NCBI GenBank assembly: GCA_002269645.1
Contig: NIVC01000593.1
Location: forward strand, 243,454-307,453
Direction: 5' to 3'
DNA length: 64,000 nucleotides
Source of the DNA: Macrostomum lignano
Lineage: Eukaryota
In this document: in pieces, positions 59,185 to 64,000 of the stretch
Numbering within the stretch: position 1 is the first letter of the stretch
Layout: every line of letters starts with the position of its first letter
The notes under the pieces: generated by a model
What the model saw: only the letters and a program-made list of their open reading frames with translations
What the model was told of the DNA's origin: nothing
Databases searched by the model: none
Made by a program: the position numbers and the translations under genes

Positions 59185-59850
59185 TCAGACTGTGGTGCTG
59201 GACGCCGCTGCCGGAGCATCATTCACTAGCCGCATCTCGGCCATGGACACATGAGCTCTGCTGCCGAAACCGCTGACGCTGTTGGTCCCGCCGCCACCGC
59301 CACCGCCGTTGCCGCCAGCTCGACAGCAGCGAGAGAAGCCGCGGGCAGTCAGCACCAGCTGCTGCCAGACGGCTCTGTTGGACAGCGCGTACAGGCAGAG
59401 AATCACGGTGGAGTTGAAGTTGCACAGCAGCTGTCCAGCGTCGAGGGCCATACTCAGCTCGTCGCCGCGGTAGGCCGGAAAAGCTATTTGGATCAGCCCG
59501 GCAGCGGCGTAGGGCACCTCCAATGCGACGAAGGTGCCGCAGGTGAGCAGCAGAGTCCGGCGGGCGCGGGCGTAGCGACTCACGGCGAAGCTGGAGCGTT
59601 TGAGTCCGCGAAGCGACAGGCAGGTGCCAAGCAGTACGATAACCATGGGCAGCAGGCAGACCAGTACAAAGTGGCTGGCCTTTAGAATGGCGTTTAGCTC
59701 GTAACCGCCGCAGCTGAAATCCGGACCCAATTCCGTTGTCTGGAAAAGCATGAAAAGGTTGATGAGGAGCCCCGTGAATCCCTGAGCACACGCAATCACT
59801 GCGGCAGTAACCATGAATTGGTTGCGTGCAAGAATATACTCGTAACTTTT
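59185..59850 (-). CDS. Rhodopsin-class (peptide-receptor-like) GPCR, terminal exon (TM4-TM7 and tail); 5' exons not identified
   Basis: Four hydrophobic segments; VCLLPMVIVLLG (TM5 proline), basic RARRTLL before TM6, FVALEVP (TM6), CNFNSTVILCLY (TM7). The frame is closed by TGA about 45 nt upstream of 59814, so an acceptor is required. Confidence 0.75.
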   Translation of the reverse strand, partial: KSYEYILARNQFMVTAAVIACAQGFTGLLINLFMLFQTTELGPDFSCGGYELNAILKASHFVLVCLLPMVIVLLGTCLSLRGLKRSSFAVSRYARARRTLLLTCGTFVALEVPYAAAGLIQIAFPAYRGDELSMALDAGQLLCNFNSTVILCLYALSNRAVWQQLVLTARGFSRCCRAGGNGGGGGGGTNSVSGFGSRAHVSMAEMRLVNDAPAAASSTTV

Positions 59851-59969
59851 CCACAGGCCAAATCAATTAATAAAGCATGAAATTCGGAATATTATTTTAC
59901 ATGCGTGCGAGACAGAACAGATTCTGTCCGTTCAAGTTCTCGACTCCGACAACACTAGCCATCAGTCAG

Positions 59970-60170
59970 TGTGAGCAGCGCATCATCTCAAGTTCGAGTT
60001 CAAGCTGGTATTACGCCGTCAGATCATGCAGCTCCAGCGCGAGAGGTTGCCATAGGCCTTATTTCGTCCACCACCAAGACCCTGACGATAGAGGGATATC
60101 GTCAAGACAGACGTCAAGACAGTCCTGTTCATAGAGGTGACTCCTACCACGTTGGATGGATCTGATGGCT
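59970..60170 (+). mobile_element. Possible LINE endonuclease fragment
   Basis: TLTIEGYRQDRRQD...HRG resembles the I.GY..FR.DR...GGG segment of APE-type LINE endonucleases. Weak. Confidence 0.2.
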
Positions 60171-60233
60171 GGGCCAGAGACTCCTATCTCCTACTTCGAG
60201 TTATCAGAGACACTTTGTTTCCTGGTTCAGGCG

Positions 60234-60632
60234 ACAAAATAGTCTGCGCGCTTGTGTCACTACCGTCAAAATAGTCTGCGCGCTCGTGTCACTGCTGTCA
60301 AAATAGTCTGCGCGCTTGTGTCACTACCGTCAAAATAGTCTGCGCGCTCGTGTCACTGCTGTCAAAATAGTCTGCGCGCTTGTGTCACTGCTGTCAAAAT
60401 AGTCTGCGCGCTTGTGTCACTGCTGTCAAAATAGTCTGCGCGCTTGTGTCACTGCTGTCAAAATAGTCTGCGCGCTTGTGTCACTGCTGTCAAAATAGTC
60501 TGCGCGCTCGTGTCACTACCGTCAAAATAGTCTGCGCGCTTGTGTCACTACCGTCAAAATAGTCTGCGCGCTTGTGTCACTACCGTCAAAATAGTCTGCG
60601 CGCTTGTGTCACTGCCGTCAAAATAGTCTGCC
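60234..60632. repeat. 32-bp minisatellite (CAAAATAGTCTGCGCGCTTGTGTCACTGCTGT)
   Basis: About 12 tandem units. Confidence 0.95.
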
Positions 60633-61299
60633 GCTATAATTCAACCCTCTCTATAACGCTGCTTTCTAAAGACCCCGACAGTGTGTTTTCTTAGTGTTGT
60701 TGTTGTTGTTTTGCAGCAAATTTTCCATTATTCGAATTCTGCATAATAAGTTCAGAAGCAAGAAGATTACTTTAACGCAATGCCTTATATGCAAAGCTTT
60801 CTCCTCTTTTCCAGGAATCGAGAGTGCTATAGGCTGTTCCAAGTCCTACTGGTTCTTGGCCAACGTACACCTAAGAATGCAAATGCAGACACAGGCTCGC
60901 GCAGGTGTAAAAAGTCGACTTAAAATTAAAAAAATTGCTATTTTAGGAGATGCTTATGAATCACCAAAAAAGGAGACAGTACTTTTGCTATTCGGCTTCC
61001 AGCATTTTTAAAATAAATTCAATAAGCGTAGATTATTTTTTAATGAATTTTTAATGCTCTATATGCATATTGATTGATTGCCTACACTCTCGTCAAAATA
61101 ATAGCTGCTGGAGGGTTGAGAGACAGCCTTGGCGCACACATCCACAACCAGGCCTGAGGCAATTCTGCCCATGTTTATGAGTCCTGAGCACTCATAAACA
61201 CGCTCATACAGGCTGTACAGCGGTCCTGACTGTAATCATTAGTAATAATTGATATTAATAATTCATTACGCTTCCCCAAATAGGCAGATGTGCAACCGA

Positions 61300-61448
61300 C
61301 AGCTCATCTGGAGGCTGCGTACGGCTGTTCTGTCCAAGGACTGGGGGGGGGCGCCACACACACCCTCAATTACCCGAGTAGGTCGAGAATCGAACCCCCG
61401 ACCTTCAAGTCGTGAGTCCAACGCTCTAATTACTAGGCTACAACCCCC
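61300..61448 (-). mobile_element. SINE family A copy lacking the CORE-like segment
   Basis: Matches 37795-37862 joined directly to 37950-38020. Confidence 0.75.
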
Positions 61449-62087
61449 CCCCCCCCCAAGAAGACTGCGAAGACTCAACATCAGGCATGCACATTATCTG
61501 TACCTTGAGGGGGGAGATATTTTATTGCACAAGCCTCAAATGAATGTGAAGTCAAACCAATTTCCGAATCTCCTTTAGAGGAGCAAAGGCTCTTAAATAA
61601 GAAAGAGACAAAATAAGCCTACTATTAAATCGTAGTCTCTTTTTGCCCATCCAATTTATGTTAAATAAACACTAACGCACAGGGACCGCTCTTGCAGATT
61701 ATATAAAATCTTGCTTAGAATAATCAAAAGGCCAAGGTCTTTCCAGATTCCCTCTTTGATCTGCCGCCTATTCGCTGACAGGGATGATTCTTACAAAGAA
61801 GCCATGCAAGCAAAGCTGGTTTTGTACAACATTGTAGGCTGAAGAAAGATGGGCTGACGATATCAGAATTCGTTCAGTGGCGTGTATGTTTGAGCTCTCA
61901 TTAGGAACTGTACGAGGCTTACTAGCCATGCATGCGATGAAGGTTTGCGTTTACTTTGGATATAATATTCCTGTGCTGTGCTTGTCTGTCCGTTTGCGTG
62001 CCTGTTTGGGTTGGACACTGAAACAGCACCCAGCAGTTCTAAGGACTGCAACTGTGAGTTCTATGAGGGTATGGTGACTTTGATCAG

Positions 62088-62097
62088 CCTGTCTGTG

Positions 62098-62166
<69 letters not shown>

Positions 62167-62291
62167 TAGTGCCTGTCTTTCTGTCTGTCTGTCTGTGTCT
62201 GTCTGTCTGTCTGTCTGTCTGTCTTTCTGTCTGTCTGTGTCTGTCTGTCTGTCTGTCTGTCTGTCTTTCTGTCTGTCTTAGTGTCTGTCTT

Positions 62292-62354
<63 letters not shown>

Positions 62355-62479
62355 TAGTGCCTGTCTTTCTGTCTGTCTGTCTGTGTCTGTCTGTCTGTCT
62401 GTCTGTCTGTCTTTCTGTCTGTCTGTGTCTGTCTGTCTGTCTGTCTGTCTGTCTTTCTGTCTGTCTTAGTGTCTGTCTT

Positions 62480-62530
<51 letters not shown>

Positions 62531-62533
62531 GCC

Positions 62534-62581
<48 letters not shown>

Positions 62582-62582
62582 A
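62088..62582. repeat. (CTGT)n tetranucleotide array
   Basis: Direct reading. Confidence 0.97.
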
Positions 62583-63114
62583 ATCTTTCTGTCTATAGAT
62601 TTGCAACTCGCTTTTAATAGCATAAGCATTGCTTGAATTCTATCTACATCGAGAGCATATCGTGCACTTCTCAGCCCGTCTGAAATTGATGACTTCACTT
62701 GTCTCTCCTCTCAGGGAAAAATCGTCACTTTCTCTCTCTCATTTTATTCGCTCTCTACTTTACTCGCCTGTCAATCTATTGCACCTACATGTGAATATGA
62801 CTGGTTCAGAGGCAGACACTAAAAGCGGGGCAAATGCTGCACCTACACATTGTAATTTGCAACCCCGTTTGTTTAATTGGAGAAATATGTAGCTAAAAAG
62901 CAATTAGAAGGAACTTTCTTGCTTTGAAAAAAATAATATAGAAAAATTGCTGCCTTGCGATTTGTTGCTGATCAGTCATCCCCTGCGCTCATCCTTCACA
63001 ACCATGGACAGCTACAGTAAGGTAGAAAGACGTTAGCGATCGAAAATCGTGGGAACTTCACCTGCATTTGCTGCTGGCCTTCAGCGAAATTTTTTCAGTG
63101 TAGGGTCCTTCCAA

Positions 63115-63390
63115 AAGCAACAAGGCCAATAGCAATAACAACAACAACAGCAACAAAGACGACAGAAGTAACAACAACAACAGCAACAAAGACAACAGAA
63201 ATAATAACAACAACGAAGATGACGATAACAACGACAATAATAACAGCAACAACAACGACAACAACGACAAAAACAACAATAACAACAGCAAAAACAATAA
63301 TAATCACAACAGTAACAACAACAACAAGAGCAACAACAACAAAGATGACAATAACAACGGCAATAACAACAACAATCGCAGCAACAACGA
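63115..63390. repeat. Degenerate (CAA)n trinucleotide tract
   Basis: Direct reading. Confidence 0.9.
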
Positions 63391-64000
63391 AAGACGAAGT
63401 CCAGAAGCCCAGAAAGTAAAGTCATGAAGTCTGGGTGCATCAGATCAGGGTGCGTCAGGATTCAAATATCGCTACGAGTCTGGCAATAGCAAGGATCAGG
63501 CCAAGAAGGCCCCCAAATCGGGCAACAAGAGGAGGCTCAGGTGGAAGAAGTGTCCTTCTACGTTTATTTGCATCGATTCTGGTGAGCCTTCGAAATTGAT
63601 ATTCGATCGAACGAATGCTCCGCGCCTTCGAATCAGAACTGACCTTGCCTTTGACCGAACCCATCAAAGCAAAATATCTGATATGGCTTGCTGTGCACAG
63701 TTGCTATTGACAACTCTTTGTCTGCTGCGGGAATGCAATGCGCTCTCTCGCATGATGCCTAATCCGGCACGTTCTTGCGTTCTATTTTGGCATTCGGATC
63801 AATGCGATCTATTTTAGCGCTGTCTCATGATGCATTGTCATTTAGCACGGTCTACCCAGGCCTTCCATTTTTTTCAAGATGTTAATATGATCCCTTCGCA
63901 ACCACTGGTGTTCTGCTATTTACTAATTCTGAATGATGCTAAGTTTATATTGTGCCTTTACTCGTACTTAGCGTACCTTTGTAGGATGATTAAGCGGTGT

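Noticed and set aside
62097-63440. SVCL, TDRQ, poly-Cys, poly-Leu and poly-Thr ORFs
   Set aside because: Translations of (CTGT)n and (CAA)n simple repeats.
1-64000. Functional tRNA or rRNA genes
   Set aside because: The only tRNA-like segments (9215, 38020, 39156, 61448) lack a complete cloverleaf and continue into SINE bodies; no rRNA motifs seen.

Overview
Animal genomic DNA with GC-rich exons and introns packed with minisatellites. The style resembles the flatworm Macrostomum, but that is an inference and the taxon is unverified. Genes reconstructed by hand from splice signals and remembered domain motifs: (1) 3' part of a Tec/BTK-family tyrosine kinase (+, 775-10001; PH-TH-SH3-SH2-kinase; last intron probably GC-AG); (2) complete AVL9 (-, 15439-35339), whose 16-kb intron holds an intact Mag-like Ty3/Gypsy LTR retrotransposon with apparently identical LTRs (20474-25174), several satellites, a decayed L2/CR1-like LINE and a candidate cassette exon; (3) a short NELL-like gene (+, 36552-40366; LamG, coiled coil, 2 vWC, only 1 EGF); (4) two intronless paralogous PAN/apple + C-type lectin genes (-); (5) an orphan secreted 125-aa ORF; (6) an SNX1/2-like PX-BAR sorting nexin (+, 50330-52727); (7) the TM4-TM7 part of a rhodopsin-class GPCR (-). 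Also present: two tRNA-derived SINE families (one with a CORE-like domain), an RTE fragment, a hAT-like MITE and more than 20 tandem arrays. Most ORFs in the supplied track are artefacts of these arrays or antisense shadows of GC-rich exons. No prokaryote-type system (CRISPR etc.) is present. All homology calls are by eye; no database search was run.
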